IMG/VR virus record: IMGVR_UViG_3300025000_000056
DNA length: 51,153 nt
Reading direction: 5' to 3' (one strand)
Source of the DNA: a virus
Lineage: Duplodnaviria; Heunggongvirae; Uroviricota; Caudoviricetes
The position numbers and the translations under genes are program-made. Below are positions 24,394 through 33,238 of this stretch, piece after piece. The notes beneath the pieces were generated by a model. It searched no databases and had not been told where the DNA came from. It saw nothing but the letters and a program-made list of their open reading frames with translations. The stretch's first letter is position 1; every line of letters starts with the position of its first letter.

Positions 24394-25294
24394 TGGTGTA
24401 CCAGTCCTTTCTTATACACGGCTCCTGGTACGAACACTTATAACAGCGTTCATCCATGACCGGGTAATAGATATTAGTCTCAATAGCCTTATACACATTT
24501 TCTATGACGCGAAGTAGTCGTATATAGTCTTCTTTATCGCGTTTAGTATAGTATATGGTTCCCGTAACTAAGTCATGATAGGCGACTCTGTCCTCTTTCT
24601 TATTAAAGAGTTTACGGTATGCATAACTGGCTGCTGTAATTTCAAGATCATGACGTATGTGATTGCTCATTAAACGCTCTTCAACTTTGAAGTCAACAAT
24701 CTCTGTGATAGTTTTATTGTTTTCCCTTAGGAGTCGAACTAACTCAAAGGTGCCAGATAATTTAAACCCCTCAATGTCTACTGTATAGTTTGATCCAACC
24801 ATTAAAACCTTACCAGGATTATCTTGAAACATATCGAGCATATCGAGGATCGCTTGGGTTCCCTTGCGTTCAAGTTGCCTGCGTTGATCGGCCCATGGAC
24901 CAGTAAAGAAGATGATCTCTTCTTTTGTACGGCTCTGTCCCCATACAACACTCCAACGCTGTTTCATTCTAGCGGGAGAAGGGAACGTACCATCTTGAAT
25001 GTAGTTAAATAGATAGTACGCCATAACATGTAGATCTCTAACAAATTTAGGCCCGAGGATTTTAAAATTAAGTGTTCCGTCGTCTTTTAAAAAGACCTTG
25101 TTTTTGTCGATATGCTTAAACTTATACATAAGCGGACAAAATGTATAGTCTAAAAGCTGTTCGACTGTAATGAATTTCTTAGCGGTCAAGAGTTGTTGGC
25201 TCGATCGTTTGTATAAATCGTATGGCTTCCCAAACACTCGTCGTCCGCTTAAGTAGATTCTTATGTTTAAGGCTCTGATTATAAGGCCATTCAA
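24266..25294 (-). CDS. PD-(D/E)XK (RecB/Cas4-like) exonuclease; true start probably near TTG 25189
   Basis: QLLDYTFCPLMY, EIVDFK, LEITAASYAY, C-terminal CYKCSYQEPC. Confidence 0.8.
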   Translation of the reverse strand: MNGLIIRALNIRIYLSGRRVFGKPYDLYKRSSQQLLTAKKFITVEQLLDYTFCPLMYKFKHIDKNKVFLKDDGTLNFKILGPKFVRDLHVMAYYLFNYIQDGTFPSPARMKQRWSVVWGQSRTKEEIIFFTGPWADQRRQLERKGTQAILDMLDMFQDNPGKVLMVGSNYTVDIEGFKLSGTFELVRLLRENNKTITEIVDFKVEERLMSNHIRHDLEITAASYAYRKLFNKKEDRVAYHDLVTGTIYYTKRDKEDYIRLLRVIENVYKAIETNIYYPVMDERCYKCSYQEPCIRKDWYTNVNIEKQPRRSYFKRRRSRKGRSPKRSLEDKTEGDGKHTGGT

Positions 25295-25775
25295 TCACAA
25301 CAACCTTGATGCCAGCTTCGGCCAGTGCCATGATATTATGTGGATTGTCTTCGATCATAACATTGATCTTGAGTTGTTTGCAGGTATCGACTTTGTCTTT
25401 AGTATAATAGACCGGAGCATGAGGGAAATTATTGGCATCTAACCAATCGACGGTTTCCTGAATGACATCGCTTTGTCTGTTCGTAATATAAAAGATACTA
25501 TGACCACGCATTTGCATAGCTGTTACACAAGCTTCTGGATTAAAGGCACTAGTGCTTACTTTCGTAATCATCTCTAAGTGATTCTTACTCCAGAAGCTTA
25601 GATCCTCTTCGTCAGTAAAGTCAAAGCGATCCTTAGTGGTTCCCAAGGTTAAGTTTAAGGCGTTACATCCCGTGCAGTCCCTAGTTCTAGTTTCCCTGCA
25701 GTGTCTGCATCCGTACTCTCCTATAATCTCGGGAAGATTATTTAAAACCCCGTCGATGTCGAACCCTATATTCAT
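25179..25775 (-). CDS. HAD-family 5'(3')-deoxyribonucleotidase-like protein
   Basis: IGFDIDGVL, FYITNR, K..TCKQL.INVMIEDN. Confidence 0.85.
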   Translation of the reverse strand: MNIGFDIDGVLNNLPEIIGEYGCRHCRETRTRDCTGCNALNLTLGTTKDRFDFTDEEDLSFWSKNHLEMITKVSTSAFNPEACVTAMQMRGHSIFYITNRQSDVIQETVDWLDANNFPHAPVYYTKDKVDTCKQLKINVMIEDNPHNIMALAEAGIKVVVIEWPYNQSLKHKNLLKRTTSVWEAIRFIQTIEPTTLDR

Positions 25776-26329
25776 GCCATAGAGGCCTCCACTTCGTATT
25801 TATATACCATTGAACTTCCTGTCATGAGCCTATTTTGTGCAACTTCATCTAGGAAGTGGGCTTGAAACATTGTGACATGATGTTTCATCCAGTTACTGCG
25901 GTTAAACCATATGTCCTTGATAACGTCAGGCCTTGGCTTACCTTGATCATCAAATCCACGATCTCCGCTGTTTCCGATAATTAAGATTCGACTGGCCTTG
26001 GCTTTCTCTGCCCATTCAAGCGTTGCTACGATGTGCTCATCTCTTACTAAATAAGGTGCCGTAAGAATAACTTGTGTCTTTGTTAGATCTGCATCTATAC
26101 CTCGGCCGGTTCCTTCAAGAATCTGTTGATAGTTAAAGAGACTAGCGGTGGATTGATATCGTTCGATTCCATATAATATAGGAGCAATGACAATACTTAC
26201 ACCGGACCATCGTGCTATGCGCTCTTTAATAATAGTATCCTTGCCGGTCATCCTAGCCATGACAGCTAGGATGCGCGGTGAATTATCTTGAATGATATCA
26301 AGCTGATAATCGTTGAGTTGAATATCCAA
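25772..26329 (-). CDS. Degenerate terminase-ATPase-like domain protein
   Basis: LNDYQ, ARMTGKDT, HVTMFQAHFLD...YKYEVEA resemble a TerL ATPase domain; no Walker B, no nuclease domain. Confidence 0.45.
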   Translation of the reverse strand: MDIQLNDYQLDIIQDNSPRILAVMARMTGKDTIIKERIARWSGVSIVIAPILYGIERYQSTASLFNYQQILEGTGRGIDADLTKTQVILTAPYLVRDEHIVATLEWAEKAKASRILIIGNSGDRGFDDQGKPRPDVIKDIWFNRSNWMKHHVTMFQAHFLDEVAQNRLMTGSSMVYKYEVEASMA

Positions 26330-26334
26330 TATTA

Positions 26335-26562
26335 TTACCTCCGATGCATTGATTGACGTTCACTCGTAATATGAGATTCACGATCCAGAAGATTCAGGGT
26401 TTGAAGATAACAGTCATAATGGATCGACCATTTCTCTTCGTACTGAGCCCATCTTGGGTTTTCATCATACGTTTCGATTGGCATACCGCATTGCATACAG
26501 ATTTGTTGACCGGCATCATTCCGAAGAACCTTAACAGGATGTTTAACTCGTGGTTGTCGCAA
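26335..26562 (-). CDS. Small zinc-finger-like protein
   Basis: ICMQCG...HYDC. Confidence 0.55.
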   Translation of the reverse strand: MRQPRVKHPVKVLRNDAGQQICMQCGMPIETYDENPRWAQYEEKWSIHYDCYLQTLNLLDRESHITSERQSMHRR

Positions 26563-26767
26563 TGTTTGTCACCTCTATATCAAATTTTGATCCGCTTGTA
26601 ATTAAGTAGTTAAAGAAATCAACTTTATCCAGGGTATAATGTCCGCTGATGGTCGTAACAGTTAAGCGAGTAGGATCGTATCCAAACTTAAGACACTCTA
26701 TTAGGCTCTTGAGACTTGTTTCTCTTGCCATAGAGAGGCGTCTTGATGCATTACGTTGTATAGCCAT
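26543..26767 (-). CDS. Hypothetical protein
   Basis: RBS GGAGGA. Confidence 0.55.
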   Translation of the reverse strand: MAIQRNASRRLSMARETSLKSLIECLKFGYDPTRLTVTTISGHYTLDKVDFFNYLITSGSKFDIEVTNIATTTS

Positions 26768-26777
26768 TTACTTCCTC

Positions 26778-27050
26778 CTAATTAAATATCTTAAGCATGT
26801 GATGAAAGTGAATGAGACCTTGTACTATGAATTTATCAATAGAACTTAAGTTAGGATTAGGTATGACCTTAACATTGATACCAATGGCTTTAAACCAGTT
26901 TTCAGCCATGAACATAAATTCAAATGGATACGCTACCTTGGTGTGATTATAATGCATGAAGGCCATAAAGAGTTTTATAACGCCGTCTCCCTCGATAACT
27001 AAGACTAAGTTTTTACCAGCCTCAGTTGTTACCTTCTCCATGAGTATCAC
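26778..27050 (-). CDS. Hypothetical protein
   Basis: Coupled ORF in operon. Confidence 0.55.
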   Translation of the reverse strand: MILMEKVTTEAGKNLVLVIEGDGVIKLFMAFMHYNHTKVAYPFEFMFMAENWFKAIGINVKVIPNPNLSSIDKFIVQGLIHFHHMLKIFN

Positions 27051-27297
27051 CTAGCTTTTTAAAAAGCTCGCCGACTTCAGGTGATACATTAATCGCGAAG
27101 TTCTCTCGCTTGATGACCATATTACGAGTACGATCGTCATGAACACAGAAGGGAATTGGACACTCGGCGCAGAGTTCAAATAGATGGCTGGCCTTACTCA
27201 TGCATCGGTAACAGACAGGGCAGGGATTGTATCTTGAGCAGGCGACGGCTTCAAACTCTTCTTTGCGTTTCGATCCGAGTTGATTAATTTCAAGCAT
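27022..27297 (-). CDS. Small Cys-rich metal-binding protein
   Basis: CSRYNPCPVCYRC...CAECPIPFCVH. Confidence 0.6.
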   Translation of the reverse strand: MLEINQLGSKRKEEFEAVACSRYNPCPVCYRCMSKASHLFELCAECPIPFCVHDDRTRNMVIKRENFAINVSPEVGELFKKLGDTHGEGNN

Positions 27298-27581
27298 TAC
27301 GTAAGCTCCTTTATCTTGGGAACTATTTTATCAACGATTCCTCCGACGAAATTTGCCACTTCATCTAAGACTTCAACAGGAACCTCCCTGATAGCCTCGG
27401 CCATAAAGTTGAAGTCTTTAACCATTTCCGCCTTCATGTCAATAAGTTCCTTATTCGTAATAAGACCCTTCTTCAAGAGAACTCCCGCTAAGACCATGTT
27501 ATCTTCAATGAATTCCTCCGCTGTCATACCGTTTTTACCGATAGCATTAATAAGGTCTTCAAACTTATTGATTTCCTTCAT
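27297..27581 (-). CDS. Hypothetical protein
   Basis: AGGAG before ATG 27581. Confidence 0.55.
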   Translation of the reverse strand: MKEINKFEDLINAIGKNGMTAEEFIEDNMVLAGVLLKKGLITNKELIDMKAEMVKDFNFMAEAIREVPVEVLDEVANFVGGIVDKIVPKIKELT

Positions 27582-27651
27582 TTTATCTTCTCCTAACATT
27601 TTGTAATAAACTTTGGTATAAAGAGTAGACTTTGTACATATACTTAAATCA

Positions 27652-27695
27652 GGGCTGGAACAAGTTCACTCGGCGGCAGTTCCAGCTTTCTTTTT
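27652..27695 (+). terminator. Terminator-like hairpin oriented antisense to the surrounding genes
   Basis: GGGCTGGAAC/GTTCCAGCTT stem followed by TCTTTTT on the + strand. Confidence 0.5.
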
Positions 27696-27715
27696 CACCG
27701 AGATTAGTCCAAGCA

Positions 27716-28024
27716 TTATTGATATAGACGGATGTCGCCTAATTGTTCTTTTAAGACGCAGGCTACTTCGTCGAGAAACTTAATGCATTCACTAACCCTG
27801 AAACGCTTATCTTGTAACATAGCTAAGAGTGTTGGTTCCATAGGAGCAATAGAGTCACAACATTCACTAATCTTTGGTCCGAAGACTTGAGCATGAATTT
27901 GTCCAACAAGTTTCTCTAGAGAATAAAGTTCTCCACTCATAGTGTCGCATTCATCTTGAAGAATTGATGATTGAGCTTTAATACCGGCCGCGCTAGACAT
28001 ATGTTCAACTAACTTATTAATCAT
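27716..28024 (-). CDS. Hypothetical coiled-coil protein
   Basis: GGAGG before ATG 28024. Confidence 0.55.
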   Translation of the reverse strand: MINKLVEHMSSAAGIKAQSSILQDECDTMSGELYSLEKLVGQIHAQVFGPKISECCDSIAPMEPTLLAMLQDKRFRVSECIKFLDEVACVLKEQLGDIRLYQ

Positions 28025-28026
28025 AA

Positions 28027-28812
28027 TTACCTCCCCGTCCACAAATCGGTAACATATTTAGCGATGTATTGATACGGTAGATAGAAGTAACCCTTGTCGC
28101 CCCAGCCGGTACCCCAGGAGTTTCGTACGATAACAATTCCATTGGTTACGCCAGTGATATAATTTGTGAGTTTGTTTAACATGCCGGTCGTCGTATCTTT
28201 ATAGCCTACGATTAGAACCGCGTGGCCACCAAGGTTTTGTTCACCGCGTTTTGGCATAGGAACATTACCAGTGCTTGCTACTAGAGTTGATTCAAAGGAT
28301 TCAAAGATTGGCATACCCATAACAACCGGATACCCTTCGATTAAGGATCGCTTAATATCCGTAAGGGTCGTAATCCGTTGATACGATGTTAGCTTATGAC
28401 TAGGAGCTGCCGTATCCGCTTCAGCAGGAGGCTTAATCGTAAATTGCGAAATGATATAAGGCCATATAGGTTCTGGGCATATTCCCATGGAAACAGCCAG
28501 CTTCATTCCATCACGAATCATAGCTCCAGAATCTTCATTGATTGTTCCAATAACTTCACGCTCTTTATAATAATGATAGAGCCGACTTAGTGGGACTAGA
28601 GCTTGTCCATTCTTGAGCTGTACATATTCCATAAGGCCTGAGCCAATAGCGTTACTCGTGCAGGAGCCCAGCTCTAATTGGTTAACAACCCGAGGCATCT
28701 TAGGTCGTAGGTCTACGCTGGATGGAGCTTTAGTTGGTAAGGCCATCCTAGAAAAGATATGATCTCGATTATCGATGGTATCCGGTAGTAAATTATAAGG
28801 ATGTTTAGCCAT
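28027..28812 (-). CDS. Papain-like (C1) cysteine peptidase
   Basis: SVDLR, NQLELGSCTSNA (Cys), GGHAVLIVGY (His), VRNSWGTGWGDKGYF (Asn). Confidence 0.93.
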   Translation of the reverse strand: MAKHPYNLLPDTIDNRDHIFSRMALPTKAPSSVDLRPKMPRVVNQLELGSCTSNAIGSGLMEYVQLKNGQALVPLSRLYHYYKEREVIGTINEDSGAMIRDGMKLAVSMGICPEPIWPYIISQFTIKPPAEADTAAPSHKLTSYQRITTLTDIKRSLIEGYPVVMGMPIFESFESTLVASTGNVPMPKRGEQNLGGHAVLIVGYKDTTTGMLNKLTNYITGVTNGIVIVRNSWGTGWGDKGYFYLPYQYIAKYVTDLWTGR

Positions 28813-29006
28813 TACTCTGTCTCCTCATCATAGGCTTCGTCGAAGACGATAATGCCGGCTTCTTCGAGGAGTTCATCGTGCTTATCAATAACCATTTTGA
28901 TGACTTCGATATCTAAGTTAAGTTCCTTAGCCATCCGTTCGAAAAGCAGCGTTCCGTCAATTAAAATTGAGCCATCTGGTTCGGTTGAGTAAAACAATTC
29001 TTCCAT
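28812..29006 (-). CDS. Small acidic protein
   Basis: RBS AGGAGG. Confidence 0.55.
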   Translation of the reverse strand: MEELFYSTEPDGSILIDGTLLFERMAKELNLDIEVIKMVIDKHDELLEEAGIIVFDEAYDEETE

Positions 29007-29018
29007 TAATAATTCCTC

Positions 29019-29582
29019 CTAAGATTTTGTTAAGTATTTGAATCCTTTATAATCACACACGGCTAGGATTACATTACTAGCACATTGTAGAAATAAAGCC
29101 ATGTTAAGCGGTAGTATATTAACAAGTAATACGGCGATTCCACCACCGGCGACCGTCGCCCAAAGGGCTACTGAATTAGACAGTGTTTGAAAATCTGTGA
29201 GCTTGTCTGATGATAGAGTATCGTTAATGGCTGACATCATAATCGTTGACCAGACTGTCATAGTTGTTGAGAAAAGTATCGCAAAGCCGATAAAGCGAAT
29301 GTTAGGATTGAGTGTTCCGAAATATGATAGAGCGAAATAACCGATAGAATCTATTACAAGAATGGGTGCAAAGTATTTTCTAAGTTTAGTTCGGTTGGCT
29401 TGTTTGCTTAGAAACATTGTCATAATTGCGGCTGACATAGTTGAGATCACTTGAGCCGTTGAATAGATCTGAGGGCTTACAATCTTCATGTAATAGAGGT
29501 GAACGGTTGGAGACGTCAAGGCCATAACGAAACTGAAGAACGACGTTGATAGAATTAAGAGCCATTTGATCTTTAGAGACAT
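29019..29582 (-). CDS. Six-TM membrane protein resembling half an MFS transporter
   Basis: Six hydrophobic helices, about 187 aa; FQTLSNSVALWATVAGGGIA resembles MFS helix 5. Confidence 0.6.
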   Translation of the reverse strand: MSLKIKWLLILSTSFFSFVMALTSPTVHLYYMKIVSPQIYSTAQVISTMSAAIMTMFLSKQANRTKLRKYFAPILVIDSIGYFALSYFGTLNPNIRFIGFAILFSTTMTVWSTIMMSAINDTLSSDKLTDFQTLSNSVALWATVAGGGIAVLLVNILPLNMALFLQCASNVILAVCDYKGFKYLTKS

Positions 29583-29584
29583 GA

Positions 29585-29806
29585 TTAGTCTCCTTCAATT
29601 TCAACTGCGTAAGTATAGACTTTATTTTCATTGAGTATTCTCTTAGGATCACTGGCAACAATCCAGTTTGTTTTACCATGCTTGTCCTTTACTGGTTCGC
29701 CCGTTGGCTCAAACATCCTGAATTCATCACCGATTTTAAGTTTACTCATGCTAGATAGTTTAATCCAGTGATCATCTTTAAGTACTTCTAGAAGTCTCAT
29801 CTTCAT
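29585..29806 (-). CDS. Hypothetical protein
   Basis: RBS AGGAGG. Confidence 0.55.
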   Translation of the reverse strand: MKMRLLEVLKDDHWIKLSSMSKLKIGDEFRMFEPTGEPVKDKHGKTNWIVASDPKRILNENKVYTYAVEIEGD

Positions 29807-29818
29807 AGTTCACCCTCC

Positions 29819-30802
29819 TTAGTCATTCGCATAGATTAAGTTGTTGTAGCGTTTGACGTCTCCAACTAAGGCCTGTTCGAATCGAGCCATCTCAGGATAG
29901 AATTCAAAGAAGAGTCGGCCTTTGAACCGAGTGTATTTATTCTTGCCAAACTTAACTTCAAATACGGGCTGCTTAGAAGCATTACCTTGTATCTCGAAGT
30001 AAACTCCGGCACTCTCTCCTTTAACGCCAACTTCGTTGTAACACAACATAATGGACTTGGCTTCATACTTAATCTTAACTGACTCTCGTATGTCATCAAC
30101 GTGAGGTCTACGGTTCCCATTAAGCTTTTTAAACTCAGCCGTTGTGATGATCGGTATGTCATAGAGGGTAGCCATATCAGATATTCGCTGGGCGAGATAG
30201 TCGTATTTGTTTTTGTCACCTTGAGAGGCCTCCTTGGAACTGGTGGTTAAATCATGAAAGTTATCAATGAACACAACCACTCGGCGCTTAGATCCGATAG
30301 CCTTTATTTCGATGATGTGACGTTTAATCGTCTCCTCGATTTTATCTATGTCGGTCGAGTGATTCGCATCGTAGGCTTTATAACAGTGAATGGTTTTCTT
30401 AAGTAAGTCGATACCGGCATTACGCCGAGCAATCATATTTGGTAAATGCATGTAGTTATTAGGTGTGCGGACGGAATTGATTAGAACTTTGTTTGCCGCC
30501 GCGACAACCCTTGGTAACTTTTCGTGCATTGGATCATCTAAGCTAAAATCGATAACATATGCATCGTTGTCGGGATGATTGGCGACTTGCCATGCGAGTT
30601 GAGATAAGAAACTAGTTTTACCAATATTAGAATCTCCGGCAATTAAATGCCATCCGGTTTGGATTCCTTCTAGGGCATCATCAAATTGATCCCAACCCGT
30701 TTTGAAGCCTTTATTGTCAGCACTCCAAGCTCTTAATTCAAACGCATCAATCACATCGAGCATTTCCTGAGCATACCCTGGGGTCTTTGCCATATATTCC
30801 AC
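29819..30802 (-). CDS. DnaB-like replicative helicase (RecA-fold domain only)
   Basis: GFKTGWDQFD, IAGDSNIGKT, VFIDNFH, IITTAEF, VKFGKNK. Confidence 0.85.
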   Translation of the reverse strand: MEYMAKTPGYAQEMLDVIDAFELRAWSADNKGFKTGWDQFDDALEGIQTGWHLIAGDSNIGKTSFLSQLAWQVANHPDNDAYVIDFSLDDPMHEKLPRVVAAANKVLINSVRTPNNYMHLPNMIARRNAGIDLLKKTIHCYKAYDANHSTDIDKIEETIKRHIIEIKAIGSKRRVVVFIDNFHDLTTSSKEASQGDKNKYDYLAQRISDMATLYDIPIITTAEFKKLNGNRRPHVDDIRESVKIKYEAKSIMLCYNEVGVKGESAGVYFEIQGNASKQPVFEVKFGKNKYTRFKGRLFFEFYPEMARFEQALVGDVKRYNNLIYAND

Positions 30803-30803
30803 C

Positions 30804-31844
30804 CTACTTCTTTAGTTTACACTCATGTTCATTGCAGTTTCCTAAGTCCTTGAGTGTTCTGCATCCATAGGAATACTCTCCACGATAGATACTATGAACG
30901 GTACTAACGACCTCTTGTCGTTTAAGCATAGGACTACAATATGCTTCATTCCATTGGTCAATTAATTCGTAGGCTTTATCTTCACTATATCCTCGTTGTT
31001 TGAAGTGAGAGACAATGTAAGCCGTCGCGTTATTACGCTGTCCTTCATTCGTTGGATTGTTAAGTAAGTATTTAATACAGGGAGGCGTGTAGTTAAGAGT
31101 ACCATTGCCTTTAGACTTGGACATCTTGTTAGTCTTCTTCTCTTCTTCCCATTGTCTGTAAAAGTCCTGAACGATTCGATAAGCCTTTGGATTATACATA
31201 GGTTTTGCAAAATCTATAACTCGCGCTTCTTTAGCGATGGATCTAATTGAAGCAAAGCTTAGATTTGTAAGCTCATGATATGTAAGTGGTACTTTGTATA
31301 ATCCCGTGTCTTGATGAATCGATCCTGGGACTCTGAAGAGTCGCTTGCGATCATAGATGCATGTATCAAGTGTCTTATGTTTGCTGGATTTCTTAATATC
31401 AAGTGCCATAAGTCGAAAGATCTCGTTGAGTTCCTTATCCGGTCTAAGGCCTAATGTCTTAGCAGGTACAATAAGGTGTAAACCTTTCTTACCCGAGAAG
31501 AAGATTCGTACCTGTTCTTCTGGTATGTTATAAATGGCACTTAGTACGACTAAGGCATGTAGGGCATCTTCCCTAACAATATCAAAATCCATTTCAGGGT
31601 TGTCAGAATTGACAAGGTCAGCTAAATCAAAATCTAAGTAGAGATTTCCGTATAAGTAAGCTTCATCTTGGTTGGCGTCGTTGTAGCAGTAAGCCGTTAT
31701 GTAGACGCCCGTATTGTTATGCTTGTTCCTAAATTCTTTAATACCCGTAGCAGGAATGATCATGTTGCGTCGAAACTTCTTTGGCCCTAAGTTAACTCCT
31801 GCTTCGATTAGATAACACTCGCTTTCGAGGCACGACATGATCAT
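30804..31844 (-). CDS. Archaeo-eukaryotic-type primase with PriCT-like C-terminus
   Basis: LYLDFD, FSGKKGLH, YDRKRLFRVPGSIH; C-terminal PPCI...EGQRNN...SIY...YGC...C...C. Confidence 0.8.
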   Translation of the reverse strand: MIMSCLESECYLIEAGVNLGPKKFRRNMIIPATGIKEFRNKHNNTGVYITAYCYNDANQDEAYLYGNLYLDFDLADLVNSDNPEMDFDIVREDALHALVVLSAIYNIPEEQVRIFFSGKKGLHLIVPAKTLGLRPDKELNEIFRLMALDIKKSSKHKTLDTCIYDRKRLFRVPGSIHQDTGLYKVPLTYHELTNLSFASIRSIAKEARVIDFAKPMYNPKAYRIVQDFYRQWEEEKKTNKMSKSKGNGTLNYTPPCIKYLLNNPTNEGQRNNATAYIVSHFKQRGYSEDKAYELIDQWNEAYCSPMLKRQEVVSTVHSIYRGEYSYGCRTLKDLGNCNEHECKLKK

Positions 31845-32478
31845 TACCAGCTCCTCGCTCTTCAGTAATCTTAGCTCCCATATTCTCTAACGCTTCACGA
31901 TCATAGTTGTTAAGCTCGACCGGTTCAAAGTATCCCTTATCCGTTTCCTCGTCCTTGAGGTTGCCACCGATATCGATCATGAAGAGAACTAAATCGACAC
32001 TGTGCTGCTTAAGGAGCCACTTAAGACCACCAAGCATTCTTGCTCTGGCATACTCTGAATCCGTTAATCCCATTTGTCTGAGATAGTATTTGTAAAGATC
32101 CAATAAGGTGTAGCTCGCTCTAAGTTCTAAGAAGTAGTACTCCTCGATCGTCGTGATCTCTCCAGTGTCTTGATCCCAATGCTTCTTTGGAACTCCGGGC
32201 ATCACTCTAAGCTGTGGATGATAGTAGAACTTATCAGGGCTTAATAGATTTCGTTGCTTTGGCTTACCGTTAAATAAGTTCGGTATCAACGGAATATGGC
32301 TCGGGTTATCTTCAACGTAATCATTTAGAATATCTAAGATTTCTGTATCCGTATAACCACGAGCCAATGTTTCTTTTAAGTCCCTTAGGATTTGATTCTT
32401 AATCCGATTGTTGATTTCTTTAGGCATGATATAAAGTTCGATATAATCAACTGCCAGATCGTAGATGCTTTTTGCCAT
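31792..32478 (-). CDS. Hypothetical replication-module protein (possible loader/initiator)
   Basis: Lies between sak and primase-helicase and is coupled to them; function inferred from position only. Confidence 0.45.
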   Translation of the reverse strand: MAKSIYDLAVDYIELYIMPKEINNRIKNQILRDLKETLARGYTDTEILDILNDYVEDNPSHIPLIPNLFNGKPKQRNLLSPDKFYYHPQLRVMPGVPKKHWDQDTGEITTIEEYYFLELRASYTLLDLYKYYLRQMGLTDSEYARARMLGGLKWLLKQHSVDLVLFMIDIGGNLKDEETDKGYFEPVELNNYDREALENMGAKITEERGAGNDHVVPRKRVLSNRSRS

Positions 32479-32485
32479 CTCACTT

Positions 32486-33145
32486 CTATCCCTTCAAGTC
32501 CTCAAAATCCTCTGGGTTTTCTTCGACGTATTCAAGGAATGCATCGACATTATCTCCATTGAGTTGGTTCATGCTCGTGAAGGATTTATTCCAGACCTTT
32601 AAGAACTTGAGAAGTTCTGAATTATCTGTGATGCTGTAAGCTTCCTTCAGCGTAATCATAGCTTTGATTTGTTTTTCAGTAAACGTAGCTTTGGTTTTAG
32701 TCTTGGCCTTAGCCGGTGGAGGCGTATCATCTTCTTCAAAGAGCTCATCTTCGAAACCATCGTCAAGTAGGGACTGTCCAACACCAAGTAGTTTACAGGC
32801 TGCCTTAAAGGCATTTGAATTAGCAACACTAATTTGCTGGGAGTTATCTGTTTGATCAAGCTTAGCAGCTCCAAAGGCTTCTTTGATACCGATGCCCGGT
32901 ACGCTAAGGCGACCCATAACATAGACAAACTTCGCATCAACGATCTCATGTTTAATAACTTCCCAAGACCATTTGTAACCGAAGATCGTATTCATTAACC
33001 GCTTAAAGACTCCAATATCCAAGTAGTCTTTTTTACCTTTGCCGTACTTGTTGTTTTTGATAAGATCATCATTAATCTTAGCCTCAAGGTTCTTAATAGC
33101 GTTTGGTTCCAGTGGCATGTTCATGATATTAACGACTTCGCTCAT
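32486..33145 (-). CDS. Rad52/Rad22-family (Sak) single-strand annealing protein
   Basis: YLDIG...RLMNTIFGYKWSWEV, RLSV, KEAFG, A.SNAFKAACKLLGVGQSL. Confidence 0.85.
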   Translation of the reverse strand: MSEVVNIMNMPLEPNAIKNLEAKINDDLIKNNKYGKGKKDYLDIGVFKRLMNTIFGYKWSWEVIKHEIVDAKFVYVMGRLSVPGIGIKEAFGAAKLDQTDNSQQISVANSNAFKAACKLLGVGQSLLDDGFEDELFEEDDTPPPAKAKTKTKATFTEKQIKAMITLKEAYSITDNSELLKFLKVWNKSFTSMNQLNGDNVDAFLEYVEENPEDFEDLKG

Positions 33146-33179
33146 GTGTGTTCCCCTCTCGATTGATTGACTATACCTT

Positions 33180-33222
33180 ATTATACACTTTGTGTTACAC
33201 TAAGTCAACCAATTTGTAACAC
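33180..33222 (-). promoter_or_regulatory. sigmaA promoter of the replication operon with an operator-like inverted repeat
   Basis: TTGACT (33208-03), 17 nt, TATAAT (33185-80); GTGTTACA (33192-99) / TGTAACAC (33215-22) flank the -35. Confidence 0.8.
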
Positions 33223-33238
33223 CTATGAAAAATAAAGT

